From NCBI GenBank assembly GCA_965224245.1, contig OZ245046.1, positions 2,176,001 through 2,240,000 of the forward strand: a stretch of 64,000 bases of DNA. The letters run 5' to 3'. The notes under the pieces were generated by a model. It saw only the letters and a list, made by a program, of their open reading frames with translations. It was not told where the DNA came from and did no database searches. Within the stretch, counting starts at the first letter, position 1, and every line of letters begins with the position of its first letter. A program made the position numbers and the translations under genes. Source of the stretch: Candidatus Eiseniibacteriota bacterium (GTDB lineage Bacteria > Eisenbacteria > RBG-16-71-46 > CAZAMP01). This document shows, one piece after another, positions 22,500 to 33,247 of the stretch.

Positions 22500-23875
22500 C
22501 GCTCGGGGCCTCCACCGGGTCCACCTGCTGCTCGGCACGCTGTCGCTGGACGAGCTTGCGTCCGTCGTTCGCCACCGCGTACGTCATGAGCGCCAACAGG
22601 AACACCATCCCCACCCGGTAGATGGCCACGTGCACGCGCGGGGCCAGCGGCCGCCGGCTCACGCCCTCCACCAGCGCGATCGCGATGTGTCCGCCGTCGA
22701 GCACCGGGATGGGCAGGAGGTTCATCACCATCAGCGCCACGGACACGAGCATCAGCCAGCGCAGGAGGTCGGTCCGGCTCCGCTGCGCCTGCGTCGCCGA
22801 CATCTGCATGATCGCGATCGGTCCGGCCAGGTTGTCCCCGATGTTCTGGGGACGCGAGAAGATCTTGGGCAGCTGCGAGACGAAGAGGCCGGTCATGCGC
22901 ATCGCATAGTCGGTGCCGCGCGGGATGGCCTCGGCGAGCCCGAACCGCTCGACCCCGGTCTCGTAGGTGACCGGGGCGATTCCCACGCGGCCCACGCCGT
23001 CCTCGTCCGCCGGGGTCATCGCGCGCTGGAATCGCTGCCCGTCGCGCTCGTACACCACCAGGATCTCCTGGCCCGGTCGAGCGGACACGACGTCGACGAG
23101 GTCCCACCAGTCGCGAATCGGCGTGTCATCGATGCTCACGATCACGTCGCCCTCGCGAAGCCCGCCCTGGTAGGCTGGATACCCGACGGTGAGCTCGCCC
23201 ACCTCGGCCGGGATCTCGGGGACCAGCGCCTCATCGAGCGCGGACACGCGGGCCGGCGGGACGACGATGTCCTGCGTGCGGGCGTCGGACTCCACCCGCA
23301 GCGTCAGGCCCCGCTTCGCGTCCCTCGCGGCCACGACCGCCTGGCGCACGTCGTGCCAGTACGTGACCGGCTCGCCGTCCGCCGCCGTGATGCGCTCTCC
23401 CTGAACGAAGCCCAGATCGGCGATGGGGCTCGTGTCGGCGATCCGTCCCACGACGTTCGGCTGGAGCGGAAACTCGATGCCGGTGGCATAGAGCAGGATG
23501 CCGCAGACCACGGTCATCACGAGGTTGGCCAGCGGACCGGCCACCGCGATGAACGCCCGCTCGTACCATCGCCGGGAGAGGAACTCGTCGGATCGCCCGC
23601 TGCGCTCCTCCTCGATGTTGTCGCCGGCCATCTTCACGTAGCCGCCCAGAGGCAGGAGGCTCAGGCGATAGTCGGTGTCCCCGCGGCGGACTCCGTACAC
23701 GCGCGGGCCGAAGCCGAGGCTGAACACCGAGACGCGAACGCCGACGAGGCGCGCGGCCACGAAGTGCCCGAGCTCGTGCACGAACACGATGATGCCGAGC
23801 ACCATCACGCCGAGCACGATCATCTGCAGAAGTCCGGTCACGTCCATCGTCGAGTCGTCTCCGTCCCCGGGCGCG

Positions 23876-25054
23876 TCAGCGGCCCCTCCGAGTGACCGCG
23901 GCGCGCGCGTGGTCGCGAGCCCAGGCGTCGGCCTCGGCGATCGCATCGAGGTCGAGGGGCCAGCCCCGGTCGTAGTGGTCGAGCGCGTCCGAGACTACCA
24001 TCGGAATCTCCGTAAAGCGAATGCGGCCGCCGAGATACCCCTCGACGGCCACCTCGTCGGCGGCATTCAGGACCGCCGGCGCGACCCCTCCGGCCCGCAG
24101 CGATGCCTCCGCCAGCGCCAGGCACGGAAACCGCTCGCGATCGGGGGCCTCGAACGTCAGTTCGGCCGCTTCGGCCAGATCCAGCGGCGCGAACCGCCTC
24201 GGCGGCGCATCCGGCCACGACAGCACGAAGTCGATCGGGAGTCGCATGTCGGGCCGGCTCAGGTGCGCGATCTGCGAGCCGTCCGAGAGCGTCACGAGCG
24301 CGTGAACGATCGACTGGGGATGCACGACGACGTCGATGTCGTCGGGCGCCACGCCGAAGAGCCAGTGCGCCTCGATCACCTCGAGACCCTTGTTCATGAG
24401 CGTCGCGCTGTCCACGGTGATCCGGGGTCCCATGTCCCAGGTGGGATGGGCCAGCGCCGCCGCCGGATCGAGCGCGTCGACCTCGGTCAGCGAGCGCGCG
24501 CGAAACGGTCCGCCGGATGCGGTCAGGACCAGCCGGTGGACCGAGCCCGGCGGTCGACCGAGTAAACACTGGAAGAGCGAGCAGTGTTCCGAGTCGATGG
24601 GCACGATCTGAACGCCGCGATCGCGCGCCCGGGCGGTCACGATCTCCCCACCCACGACCAGCGTCTCCTTGTTCGCCAGTGCCAGGGTGCGCCTCTCGTC
24701 GATCGCGGCGAGGCTCGGACCGAGCCCGGCCGCCCCGACCACGGCGTTCACGAGCACGTCGGCTCCGGGCCATCGCGCGAGCTCCTCGACACGGTCGGCA
24801 CCGTCGAGCACGCGAACCGGGTGGTCACGGAGCCGGGCCGCGAGCGCGCGGTTGGCCTCGTCGTCGGCCAGGCACACCGCCTCGGGGCCGAGCTCGCGCG
24901 CCGCGCGCTCCAGCGCATCCACGCGACGGTGCGCCATCATGGCCACGATCTCGAAGCGGTCGGGGCGATGGCGCACGACGTCCAGCACGCTCTCGCCGAT
25001 GGACCCGGTGGCACCGCAGAGCACGATGCGCTTCGCGGGAACCGGGCCGCTCAC
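23876..25054 (-). CDS. dxr: 1-deoxy-D-xylulose-5-phosphate reductoisomerase
   Basis: GATGSIG, LANKE, PIDSEH, LTASGGPF and MNKGLEVIEA motifs. GTG overlaps the cdsA stop. Confidence 0.95.
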   Translation of the reverse strand: MSGPVPAKRIVLCGATGSIGESVLDVVRHRPDRFEIVAMMAHRRVDALERAARELGPEAVCLADDEANRALAARLRDHPVRVLDGADRVEELARWPGADVLVNAVVGAAGLGPSLAAIDERRTLALANKETLVVGGEIVTARARDRGVQIVPIDSEHCSLFQCLLGRPPGSVHRLVLTASGGPFRARSLTEVDALDPAAALAHPTWDMGPRITVDSATLMNKGLEVIEAHWLFGVAPDDIDVVVHPQSIVHALVTLSDGSQIAHLSRPDMRLPIDFVLSWPDAPPRRFAPLDLAEAAELTFEAPDRERFPCLALAEASLRAGGVAPAVLNAADEVAVEGYLGGRIRFTEIPMVVSDALDHYDRGWPLDLDAIAEADAWARDHARAAVTRRGR

Positions 25055-25890
25055 GGTGCGCGATCCACGACGATCCGGAACAGATAGTAAGCCGTGGGGG
25101 CGGTCAACAGCATCCCGTCGAAGCGGTCCAGCATGCCCCCGTGACCGGGGATGAGCCGCGACGTGTCCTTGATCCCGGCCTGGCGCTTGAACAGCGACTC
25201 CACGAGATCCCCCACCTGACACACGATGCCGAGGATGGCGCCGAGGAGGACGATCGTCGACCGCGAGGTCGGGAGCCCGAAGATCGCGTGAGCGAGGACC
25301 GCCGCCAGCACCGACGCGATCAGCCCCCCCGCCGCGCCCTCGAGGCTCTTGTTGGGGCTGACCATCGGCCAGGGCCGGTGCCGTCCGATCGCGCGTCCGA
25401 CGGCGTACGCCCCGGTGTCGCAGGCCCACGTCATCAGAAACACCGTCAGCACGGCGTCGGCGCCGGCCGCGCCGAGGGGCTCGGCACGCATCAGCACCAG
25501 GTGGCCCAGGAGCAGCGAGACGTACACGATTCCGAAGAGCCCGTACGCGACTCGGGCCAGCGAGGCGTCGGCTCGTCGATAGAGACCGTTCATGACCAGC
25601 AGCACGGTCGCGATGGCCAGGATGGGGCTCACGCAGTCGGCCCCGAACCGGTGCAGGGCCAGCGGGACCAGAAACGACGTCCCCACCAGGCTCGGCGTGG
25701 GCAGGGCGACGCCCGCCCGCCGGACCAGGTGCGCGTACTCCCAGGTTCCGATCGCCGCGAGCACCGCGATCAGCCCGGCGAAGACCCAGCCCCCCAGGAT
25801 CGCGGCCCCGACGAGCGTGGGCACGAACAGCACGCCGGTCGCGGTGCGGCGCGCGAGGGAGCTGGACGCCGGCGCCTGGTCGGTCGACAC
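25051..25890 (-). CDS. cdsA: Phosphatidate cytidylyltransferase
   Basis: WACDTGAY, SPNKSLEG and GDLVESLFKRQAGIKD..LIPGHGGMLDRFD motifs. Start uncertain (25890 or 25917). Confidence 0.93.
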   Translation of the reverse strand: MSTDQAPASSSLARRTATGVLFVPTLVGAAILGGWVFAGLIAVLAAIGTWEYAHLVRRAGVALPTPSLVGTSFLVPLALHRFGADCVSPILAIATVLLVMNGLYRRADASLARVAYGLFGIVYVSLLLGHLVLMRAEPLGAAGADAVLTVFLMTWACDTGAYAVGRAIGRHRPWPMVSPNKSLEGAAGGLIASVLAAVLAHAIFGLPTSRSTIVLLGAILGIVCQVGDLVESLFKRQAGIKDTSRLIPGHGGMLDRFDGMLLTAPTAYYLFRIVVDRAP

Positions 25891-25900
25891 GGCCAGTGCC

Positions 25901-26728
25901 TCAGTCGATCCGGCCAAATCGACGATCCCGACTCTGATAGTCGATCAGTGCCTCGTAGAAGTCGACCTCGTCGAAGTCGGGCCACAGCACGTCGGTGATG
26001 TGGATCTCGGCGTACGCGAGCTGCCACAACAGGAAGTTGGAGATGCGCTTCTCGCCGCTGGTGCGGATCAGGAGATCCGGATCGGGGAGGTCGCGCGTGT
26101 AGAGCGCGTCGGCGAGCATGCGCTCGTCCACGTCGGATGGCTGGAGCGCGCCCTCGGCCACGCGCGTGCAGAGCGCCCGGGTGGCGTCCACGAGCTCGCT
26201 CCGGCCGCTGTACGAGAGGGCCAGGTTGATCACCAGGCCGTCGTTGGAGGACAGGAACGCGATCGTCTCGTCCAGCGCGGCCCGCACGCCGGCCGGCAGG
26301 TCGTCCAGGCGTCCGATGGCCGTCAGACGCACGTTGTTGGCGTTCAGCTCGTCGCGCTCTGCCAGAAGGGTCTCTTCGAGGAATCGCATCAGCGCCCGCA
26401 CCTCGGCCCGCGGGCGATCCCAGTTCTCGGTCGAGAAGGTGTACAGCGTGACCAGCTCGAGCCCGAGCCGCACACCCGCCTCGACCACCGCGCGCACCGG
26501 GCGGCGCCCGGCGCGATGTCCGTGCAGGCGTGCCAGCCCCTGCTTCTTCGCCCAGCGCCCGTTGCCGTCCATGATGATGGCGACGTGACGCGGGAGATTG
26601 CCCGCGGCCACGATCCGCGTCGCGAGCGCCTCCGGATCGACGTCGGCGCGCGGGCCGTCGGCCCCGGCCGCCTCGGGTTCGACCGCGGAGGCGGCTTCGC
26701 GCCCGCTGTGGCCGCTTGGGAACGCCAC
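25901..26728 (-). CDS. uppS: Undecaprenyl diphosphate synthase (isoprenyl transferase)
   Basis: HVAIIMDGNGRWA, FSTENWDRP and IRTSGEKRISNFLLWQ motifs. Confidence 0.96.
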   Translation of the reverse strand: MAFPSGHSGREAASAVEPEAAGADGPRADVDPEALATRIVAAGNLPRHVAIIMDGNGRWAKKQGLARLHGHRAGRRPVRAVVEAGVRLGLELVTLYTFSTENWDRPRAEVRALMRFLEETLLAERDELNANNVRLTAIGRLDDLPAGVRAALDETIAFLSSNDGLVINLALSYSGRSELVDATRALCTRVAEGALQPSDVDERMLADALYTRDLPDPDLLIRTSGEKRISNFLLWQLAYAEIHITDVLWPDFDEVDFYEALIDYQSRDRRFGRID

Positions 26729-26730
26729 GC

Positions 26731-27291
26731 TCAGATCTCCAGGATTTCGGCTTCTTTCGCCTTCAGAATCTCGTCGATGTCCTTGACGTTCGTGTCGGTC
26801 AGCTTCTGGATCTCGTCGTTGAGCCGATGCGCCTCGTCCTCGGAGACGTCCTTGTCGTTCGCCGCCTTCTTGACCTGATCGTTGGCCTCTCGACGGAGCT
26901 GACGCAGCGCCACGCGCGACTGCTCGCCGATGTGCTTGGCCTTCTTGACCAGCTCCTTGCGGCGCTCCTCGGTCAACGGCGGGATGGGGACGCGAACCAC
27001 GACGCCGTCGTCGGTGGGGTTCAGCCCGAGCCCGGCGGACTGGATGGCCTTGGACACCGCGCGGACCATGTTCTTCTCCCAGGGCTGAACCACGATCAGG
27101 CGGGCCTCGGGGACGTTGATCGACGCGACCTGCTGCACGGGCACCATCGAGCCGTAGTACTCTACCTGGACCGGATCCAGCAGCGATGCGGACGCCTTGC
27201 CGGCGCGCAGCCCCGAGAGCTCGCGCTCGAGCGCCGAGAGGGTCTTCTTCATCTTCTCCCGGGTTTCCTTTAGCACGCTGTCCGCGCTCAT
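26731..27291 (-). CDS. frr: Ribosome recycling factor
   Basis: LRAGKAS and PPLTEERRKEL motifs. Confidence 0.96.
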   Translation of the reverse strand: MSADSVLKETREKMKKTLSALERELSGLRAGKASASLLDPVQVEYYGSMVPVQQVASINVPEARLIVVQPWEKNMVRAVSKAIQSAGLGLNPTDDGVVVRVPIPPLTEERRKELVKKAKHIGEQSRVALRQLRREANDQVKKAANDKDVSEDEAHRLNDEIQKLTDTNVKDIDEILKAKEAEILEI

Positions 27292-27295
27292 CGTG

Positions 27296-28048
27296 TCACT
27301 CTCCTCCTCGGGGTGTGGACGCCATCGACTCCGCGTCCCCCACCCACGTGCAAAGGGCCTCGCCCGTCACCGCGTTGGCGAAGTTGCCCGGCTCGGTGAT
27401 CCTGAACACGACGATCGGAAGGCCGTTGTCCATGCAGAGCGCCACCGCGGTGGCGTCCATGACCTGCAGGTTGTCGTCCAGGACACGTCGGAAGCTGAGC
27501 CGATCGTATCGCGTGGCGGCCGGGTCTTCCATCGGATCGGCGCTGTAGACGCCGTCGACCTTGGTGCCCTTCAGGAGGACGTCGGCCCCCAGCTCGACCG
27601 CGCGGAGCGCCGCGGCACTGTCGGTGGTGAAGTAGGGGTTGCCGGTGCCGGCGGCCGAGATCACCACCCGGCCCTTTTCCAGATGCCGGACCGCACGCCG
27701 CCGGATGTAGGGCTCGCAGATCTGCGGCATCTCGATCGCCGACATCACCCGCGTGGGCATGCCCGCGTGCTCGAGACGATCCTGCAATGCCAGCGCGTTG
27801 ATCACCGTGCCCAGCATGCCCATGTTGTCGCCGGTCACGCGCTCGACGCCCCGGGACGTTCCGGACATGCCACGGAAGATGTTGCCCCCGCCGATGACGA
27901 TGACCACCTCGACCCCGAGTGCGTGCACCGCGGAGACGTCCGCCGCGATGGACTCGAGCACCTGGGGATCGAACCCGAATCCGCGGGAGCCGGCAAGGAT
28001 CTCGCCGGAGGCCTTGAGGACGACACGTCGATAGAGAGGTTCGGCCAC
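27296..28048 (-). CDS. pyrH: UMP kinase
   Basis: [24 protein letters not shown] and KVDGVY motifs; GTG start with AGGAG RBS. Confidence 0.96.
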   Translation of the reverse strand: MAEPLYRRVVLKASGEILAGSRGFGFDPQVLESIAADVSAVHALGVEVVIVIGGGNIFRGMSGTSRGVERVTGDNMGMLGTVINALALQDRLEHAGMPTRVMSAIEMPQICEPYIRRRAVRHLEKGRVVISAAGTGNPYFTTDSAAALRAVELGADVLLKGTKVDGVYSADPMEDPAATRYDRLSFRRVLDDNLQVMDATAVALCMDNGLPIVVFRITEPGNFANAVTGEALCTWVGDAESMASTPRGGE

Positions 28049-28216
28049 GCTGCATCTCCTCGAACGTCGAGTCGTCACGCCCGCGGGCGGCCGGTCGTCG
28101 CGTGGCCGCGCACTCACGTGGTCATGCATCGACCGGGGCTCGTGGAGGGATCCACGAACCGGCGGGCGACGTGTACACGCGACCCGGGATCGCGACGACC
28201 CCGGGCACCGAGACGA

Positions 28217-28810
28217 CTACCGACCGAGCTCGTAGCGGACGAAGCGTCGGATCTTCATGTTCTCGCCGACCTTGGCGATCAGCGCCGTCAGGTGGTCCCC
28301 CACGGTGAGCTTGGGCTCCTTGACGAAGGGCTGATCGATCAGGCACACCTCGGAATACCACTTCTCCATCATGCCGTCGACAATCTTGTCGAGAACGTTC
28401 TCGGGCTTGCCCATCTCGCGGGCCTGCGCGAGGAAGAGCTCGCGTTCCCTCTCCACGCGCTCGGGCGTGAGGTCCTCACGCGAGACGACCTCGGGCGACG
28501 CCGCCGCGATGTGCATGCAGACGTCCTTGACGAACTGCCCGAACTCGTCGTTGCGGGCCGAGAAGTCGGTCTCGCAGTTGACCTCGAGCATGACGCCGAT
28601 CTTGTCCCCGGGGTGAATGTAGGTGCCGACCCGGCCCTCGGCGGTCTCACGGCCCGCCTTCTTCGCGGCCTTCGCGATGCCCTTCTTCCGAAGCGCGTCC
28701 GCCGCGGCCTGCATGTCGCCGCCGGTCTCGGTGAGCGCTGTCTTGCAGTCCATCATGCCCGCGCCGGTCATGTCTCGCAGCGCTTTGACTTCTTTGGCGC
28801 TGATCGTCAT
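28217..28810 (-). CDS. tsf: Elongation factor Ts, short (197 aa) form
   Basis: LRDMTGAGMMDCK and EVNCETDF motifs. Confidence 0.96.
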   Translation of the reverse strand: MTISAKEVKALRDMTGAGMMDCKTALTETGGDMQAAADALRKKGIAKAAKKAGRETAEGRVGTYIHPGDKIGVMLEVNCETDFSARNDEFGQFVKDVCMHIAAASPEVVSREDLTPERVERERELFLAQAREMGKPENVLDKIVDGMMEKWYSEVCLIDQPFVKEPKLTVGDHLTALIAKVGENMKIRRFVRYELGR

Positions 28811-28883
28811 CGGTCGTGTGCTCCCTTGAGGTCTACTCGTCGACGCACCGGTATCGGGCGCCTGGCGTCGTTCGGATACAGAA

Positions 28884-28903
28884 GCGGCGCACGCGTGCGC
28901 CGC
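28884..28903 (-). terminator. Hairpin/attenuator between rpsB and tsf
   Basis: Perfect 20-bp palindrome gcggcgcacgcgtgcgccgc followed by TTCTGTAT on the minus strand. Confidence 0.5.
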
Positions 28904-28949
28904 CGTCTCACTCGAATTCCAGGGGGGCGGGCGCGAGGCCCGGCCCGGT

Positions 28950-29705
28950 CTACGACTGAACCGGTGCCGTCGCCGCCGGCGCCTCGGGCGTCGCCGCGGC
29001 CTCGTCGTCGCCCGCCTTCTGCTTCTCTTTCTGCGACTCGAGGACCACGTCCGCCACGGCGTGCGCGAAGAGGCGAATGGAGCGCAGCGCATCGTCGTTG
29101 CCCGGGATCGGGTAGTCGATCACGTCGGGATCGGAGTTCGTATCGACGATGCCGATGATCGGAATGCCCAGGCGGTTGGCCTCGGAGACGGCGATCTTCT
29201 CGCGCCGGGTGTCGACGACGAAGACGGCGGCCGGGAGCGTGGACATGTTCTTGATGCCGGAGAAGATCTTCTCGAGCCGCGCCTGCTCCTTGGCGAGCCG
29301 CACCTGCTCCTTCTTCACGCGGCCCTGGAACTCGCCGCTCTCGAACCCCTTGTCGATGTCCTTGAGCCGATTGATGCTCGTGACCACGGTGCGGAAGTTG
29401 GTCAGCATGCCGCCGAGCCAGCGCTCGGTGACGTAGTGCTGGCCGCAGCGGGCCGCTTCTTCCTGGATGATCGACTTGGCCTGGGTCTTCGTGCCCACGA
29501 ACAGCACCGGCTTGCCGCCGGCGACGAGCTTGCGCAGCTCGGCCAGCGCGTGCTCCAGGCACACCTGGGTGCGCCTGAGGTTGATGATGTGGACCTTGTT
29601 CCGGGAGCCGAAGATGTAGCGCTTCATCTTCGGGTTCCAGCGCTGGGTCTGGTGCCCGAAGTGAACGCCCGCATCGAGCAGGTCGCGCAGCGTGATCTGA
29701 CTCAT
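28950..29705 (-). CDS. rpsB: 30S ribosomal protein S2
   Basis: [19 protein letters not shown] and PGNDD motifs. Confidence 0.97.
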   Translation of the reverse strand: MSQITLRDLLDAGVHFGHQTQRWNPKMKRYIFGSRNKVHIINLRRTQVCLEHALAELRKLVAGGKPVLFVGTKTQAKSIIQEEAARCGQHYVTERWLGGMLTNFRTVVTSINRLKDIDKGFESGEFQGRVKKEQVRLAKEQARLEKIFSGIKNMSTLPAAVFVVDTRREKIAVSEANRLGIPIIGIVDTNSDPDVIDYPIPGNDDALRSIRLFAHAVADVVLESQKEKQKAGDDEAAATPEAPAATAPVQS

Positions 29706-29835
29706 GTCACTTCCTTCGTGTTTGGTTGTGCCACCGCCCCGCTCATCCCCCGGCCTCCAACCGCACCGGTCGCGGACACACCGCGCCAGAAAAAGCGGCA
29801 CCGAGGAGGCGAGGTCCCGGAGCGTGTGGGGTCGT
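29706..29835 (-). promoter_or_regulatory. Probable rpsB (S2) autoregulatory leader RNA
   Basis: Structured rpsI-rpsB intergenic region with CACAC...GGUGC...GUGG..AACC elements resembling S2 leaders. Not tested against a covariance model. Confidence 0.4.
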
Positions 29836-29839
29836 CGGT

Positions 29840-30235
29840 CTAGCGCTTGGAGAACTGGAAGCGCTTGCGCGCCTTCGGCTGCCCAGGCTTCTTTCGCTCG
29901 GTCACGCGCGGATCGCGGGTCAACAGGCCGTCTTCACGGAGCTGTCCCTTGAGCTCGGGCTCCGCCTTGGCCAGCGCGCGCGCGATACCCAGGCGCGTTG
30001 CGCCGGCCTGACCGGCCTTGCCGCCGCCGTCGACGCGAACCGTCACGTCGTACTGCTCGGTGCGCTCGGTCAGCGTGAGGCCGCGCTCGGCCAGCATGAC
30101 CAGCGTGTCGCGTGTGAAGTACGCCAACGCGCCGAGGCCGTTGACGGTCATCTTGCCCGATCCCGGCTTGATTCGGACGCGTGCCGTGGCTTCACGCCGT
30201 CGGCCCATCGCCCACGTTTCTTCTCGAGCACTCAA
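29840..30235 (-). CDS. rpsI: 30S ribosomal protein S9
   Basis: [20 protein letters not shown] and C-terminal FQFSKR. Confidence 0.97.
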   Translation of the reverse strand: MSAREETWAMGRRREATARVRIKPGSGKMTVNGLGALAYFTRDTLVMLAERGLTLTERTEQYDVTVRVDGGGKAGQAGATRLGIARALAKAEPELKGQLREDGLLTRDPRVTERKKPGQPKARKRFQFSKR

Positions 30236-30249
30236 CGCTCGGTGTCCCC

Positions 30250-30708
30250 CTACCGGTCACGTCCCGCGAGCACACGCCCTTGGGAGCCCAGCTCGTGCAC
30301 GATGGGCTTCTGCGCATCGTGCTGGTTTTCGTACGGTCCGTCGTAGATCTTCAGCTTCGTGATCATCTGGCGACCGAGCCTCGTCTTGGGCAGCATGCCG
30401 CGGACGGCCAGCCGCACGACGTCCTCGGACTTCATGCGCGAGATCGGCGTCAGGCTCTCGCCGCCGGGGTAGCCCGAGTGGCGGAAGTAGGTCTTCTGGG
30501 AGGCCTTGTTGCCGGTCAGCTTCACGCGCGAGGCGTTCACCACGATGACGTGGTCGCCGCAATCGACGTGCGACGTGTAGTGCGGCTTCCACTTGCCACG
30601 CAAGACGGAGGCCACTTCGGACGCCAGTCGACCGAGCGGCTGCCCCTCGGCGTCGACGACGTACCAGGATCTCACGATGTCGGACGTCTTGGCGGAAACG
30701 GTTCTCAT
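30250..30708 (-). CDS. rplM: 50S ribosomal protein L13
   Basis: [30 protein letters not shown] and AVRGMLPK motifs. Confidence 0.97.
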   Translation of the reverse strand: MRTVSAKTSDIVRSWYVVDAEGQPLGRLASEVASVLRGKWKPHYTSHVDCGDHVIVVNASRVKLTGNKASQKTYFRHSGYPGGESLTPISRMKSEDVVRLAVRGMLPKTRLGRQMITKLKIYDGPYENQHDAQKPIVHELGSQGRVLAGRDR

Positions 30709-30808
30709 TGCGGTTCTTTCCTCGTCTCGGCCGGCGGTGGGAGCGCCCGCGGCTCCGCCGCGCGCCGGCGCGCGCGTTCGTGTTCGACCATGAAAGCAAA
30801 GGGTGGGG

Positions 30809-30837
30809 AGTGTAGGGCCGAGCCGGGATCGGGTCAA
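30809..30837 (-). promoter_or_regulatory. Sigma70 promoter for the rplM operon
   Basis: TTGACC-N17-TACACT on the minus strand. Confidence 0.7.
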
Positions 30838-30961
30838 GCCCCAAGATGAGGCCGCGCGGGGGCTTGCGTCCGCCCGTGGGGACCCGCCGGTCCCCTCTCT
30901 GGCACCCCTGAGGGCCCCGTGGACGATCGACCGCTCGGGGGCGCCTCCCGGGTTTCGGCGG

Positions 30962-32014
30962 TCAGCCGCCCGGCCGCGGCGGGGACGGGCGTGGGGCCGC
31001 GGCCCTCGCCAGATCGGAGTACGGGGGCCTGAACACCCCGCGTTCGGTGATGATGGCGGTGATCAGGGAGGCCGGGGTGACGTCGAACGCCGGGTTGTAG
31101 ACGTCCACGGCCGACGGGGTGCTCGCGGAGCCCGCGAAGCGACGGACCTCGTCGGCCCCCCGCTCCTCGATGACGATGTCGGCCCCCGTGAGCGTGGTGG
31201 GATCGATCGTCGTGCCCGGCGCCACGACGTAGAACGGGACCCCGGCCTCGCGGGCCGCGAGCGCCACCGCATAGCTCCCTATCTTGTTGGCGGTGTCCCC
31301 GTTGGCGGCGATCCGATCCGCGCCGATGAGGACCGCGTCCACGTCCTGGGTCAGGAGCGCCCACGCGGCCGCCCCGTCGGCGAGAACCCGGACGGGGATG
31401 CCGGCCTTCTCGAGCTCCCAGGCCGTCAGCCGGCCACCCTGGAGCAAGGGGCGTGTCTCGTCCGCCAGCACCTCGGGGTCCTGGCCGCTCTCCTTGGCCG
31501 CGTACACCACGCCGAGGGCGGTCCCGAGGCCTCCCGTGGCCAGCCCGCCGGTGTTGCAGTGGGTCAGCACCCGGGGATGGTCGGGCAGGAGCGCCGCCCC
31601 GTGCCGCCCCATCGCGCGGCTCATCTCCAGGTCCTCGGCCAGGATGGCGTCCGCCTCGCCGACGAGCGCATCGACCAGGGTGGCCGGATCGTCGTGGGTC
31701 TCCAGGCGATGCGTGATCCGATCGAGCGCCCAGAACAGGTTGACGGCGGTGGGGCGCGCCGTCCGGAGCTGGCGCGCGCCCCGCCGAGCGGCCTCCCGGC
31801 CCCCGTCGCCCTCGTCGCGGCCCAGCCACGCCGCGAGCACCACGCCGTAGGCCGCGGTGATTCCGATCGCCGGCGCGCCGCGCACGCGCAGCATCCGGAT
31901 GGCCTCATGCACGGCGTCGACGGTTCGCAGCTCCAGGAAGCGCTCCTCGGCGGGCAGGAGCGTCTGGTCGACCAGGCGCACCGCACCGTCGCGCCAGCGT
32001 ACGGTTTCGATCAT
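30962..32014 (-). CDS. mtnA: S-methyl-5-thioribose-1-phosphate isomerase
   Basis: [31 protein letters not shown] and ANKIG motifs. Confidence 0.95.
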   Translation of the reverse strand: MIETVRWRDGAVRLVDQTLLPAEERFLELRTVDAVHEAIRMLRVRGAPAIGITAAYGVVLAAWLGRDEGDGGREAARRGARQLRTARPTAVNLFWALDRITHRLETHDDPATLVDALVGEADAILAEDLEMSRAMGRHGAALLPDHPRVLTHCNTGGLATGGLGTALGVVYAAKESGQDPEVLADETRPLLQGGRLTAWELEKAGIPVRVLADGAAAWALLTQDVDAVLIGADRIAANGDTANKIGSYAVALAAREAGVPFYVVAPGTTIDPTTLTGADIVIEERGADEVRRFAGSASTPSAVDVYNPAFDVTPASLITAIITERGVFRPPYSDLARAAAPRPSPPRPGG

Positions 32015-32021
32015 GGGACGT

Positions 32022-32049
32022 ATTCTGACCGATGGAGAAGCCCGGTCAA
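32022..32049 (-). promoter_or_regulatory. Candidate sigma70 promoter for mtnA (possibly leaderless)
   Basis: TTGACC-N16-CAGAAT; the -10 box ends 7 nt before the ATG. Confidence 0.4.
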
Positions 32050-32134
32050 CCGGAATGCGACGGCGCCGGGCCGGACGCACCCGGGACGCGGGATCCGTCG
32101 ACGCGCGGCACCCTCACCGTGGCCGCGCCTCGTC

Positions 32135-32752
32135 TCACCGCTCCCGGACGAGCGCACGCAGCCGCGTGATCGGAAGCCCCATGACGTTGTAGTAGCACCC
32201 GCGGACCTCGGCCACGAACGCCCGGCCGAGCGCCTGCACGCCGTAGCCGCCGGCCTTGTCGTAGGGCTCGTCGGTCGCCACGTAGGCGGCGATCTCACCG
32301 TCGTCGAGCGGCCGGAAGCGAACCTCCGTGATCTCGTCCCCCACCCGGATCACGCCCCCCACCGCCACCGCGACCCCGGTCACCACCCGATGCACGGCAC
32401 CCGAGAGCACCCGGAGCATGCGTGCGGCATCCTCGCGCGAGACCGGCTTGCTCAGGGGCCCCTCGTGGGTCAGCACGACGGTGTCGGCGGCCACGACGAG
32501 TCGATCGGGATGGGACCGGGCGACCACCTCCGCCTTCTCGCGCGCGAAACGAGCCGCCTGAGCGCGCCCGGGCTCACCGGGCTCCGGCTCCTCGTCCACG
32601 TGCGCCGGCACCACGTCGAGCGCGACCCCCAGCATCTCGAGGATCTCCCGCCGCCTGGGGGATGCCGACGCCAGCACGATGGGCTCCGGCCCCAGGCCGA
32701 GCGCACGCTGGGCGAACACCGACGTCTCCCGCGCCCCACCGAGCGGCGTCAC
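32135..32752 (-). CDS. maf: Maf-family nucleoside triphosphate pyrophosphatase (YhdE-like)
   Basis: [23 protein letters not shown] and NVMGLP motifs. Confidence 0.92.
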   Translation of the reverse strand: MTPLGGARETSVFAQRALGLGPEPIVLASASPRRREILEMLGVALDVVPAHVDEEPEPGEPGRAQAARFAREKAEVVARSHPDRLVVAADTVVLTHEGPLSKPVSREDAARMLRVLSGAVHRVVTGVAVAVGGVIRVGDEITEVRFRPLDDGEIAAYVATDEPYDKAGGYGVQALGRAFVAEVRGCYYNVMGLPITRLRALVRER

Positions 32753-33243
32753 GACGACCGGCCCTCTTCGGTGCGGGACGCGGCCGGCGGCGCGGTCGCG
32801 TGTCGCTCGGGCGAGTCGACGATCAGCGTCACCGGACCGTCGTTCACGAGCTCGACCGCCATCATGGCGCCGAACTCACCGGTTCCCACGGTGAGCCCCG
32901 CCGCGCGGACGTGCCCGACGAACGCCTCGTAGAGCGGGATCGCCCCGGCCGGCGGCATCGCGCGGTCGAACGACGGCCGCCGTCCCTTCCGGCAGTCGCC
33001 GTGGAGCGTGAACTGGCTGACCACGAGAACGTCGCCCCCGAGATCCACCACCGACCGGTTCATCTTCCCTGCGTCGTCCTCGAAGATCCGCAGCGACGTG
33101 CACTTCGCGGCCAGCCACTCGGCGTCGCCCGCCGTGTCGCCCTTGCCCACGCCGAGCAGGATCAACAGCCCGCGCGCGATGGCCGACGTGCCGCCGGACC
33201 ACGTGACCGACGCGCGGGACACACGCTGAATGACGGCGCGCAC
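32749..33243 (-). CDS. dtd: D-aminoacyl-tRNA deacylase
   Basis: VIQRV, SQFTL and NDGPVT motifs. Confidence 0.95.
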   Translation of the reverse strand: MRAVIQRVSRASVTWSGGTSAIARGLLILLGVGKGDTAGDAEWLAAKCTSLRIFEDDAGKMNRSVVDLGGDVLVVSQFTLHGDCRKGRRPSFDRAMPPAGAIPLYEAFVGHVRAAGLTVGTGEFGAMMAVELVNDGPVTLIVDSPERHATAPPAASRTEEGRSS

Positions 33244-33247
33244 GCGC

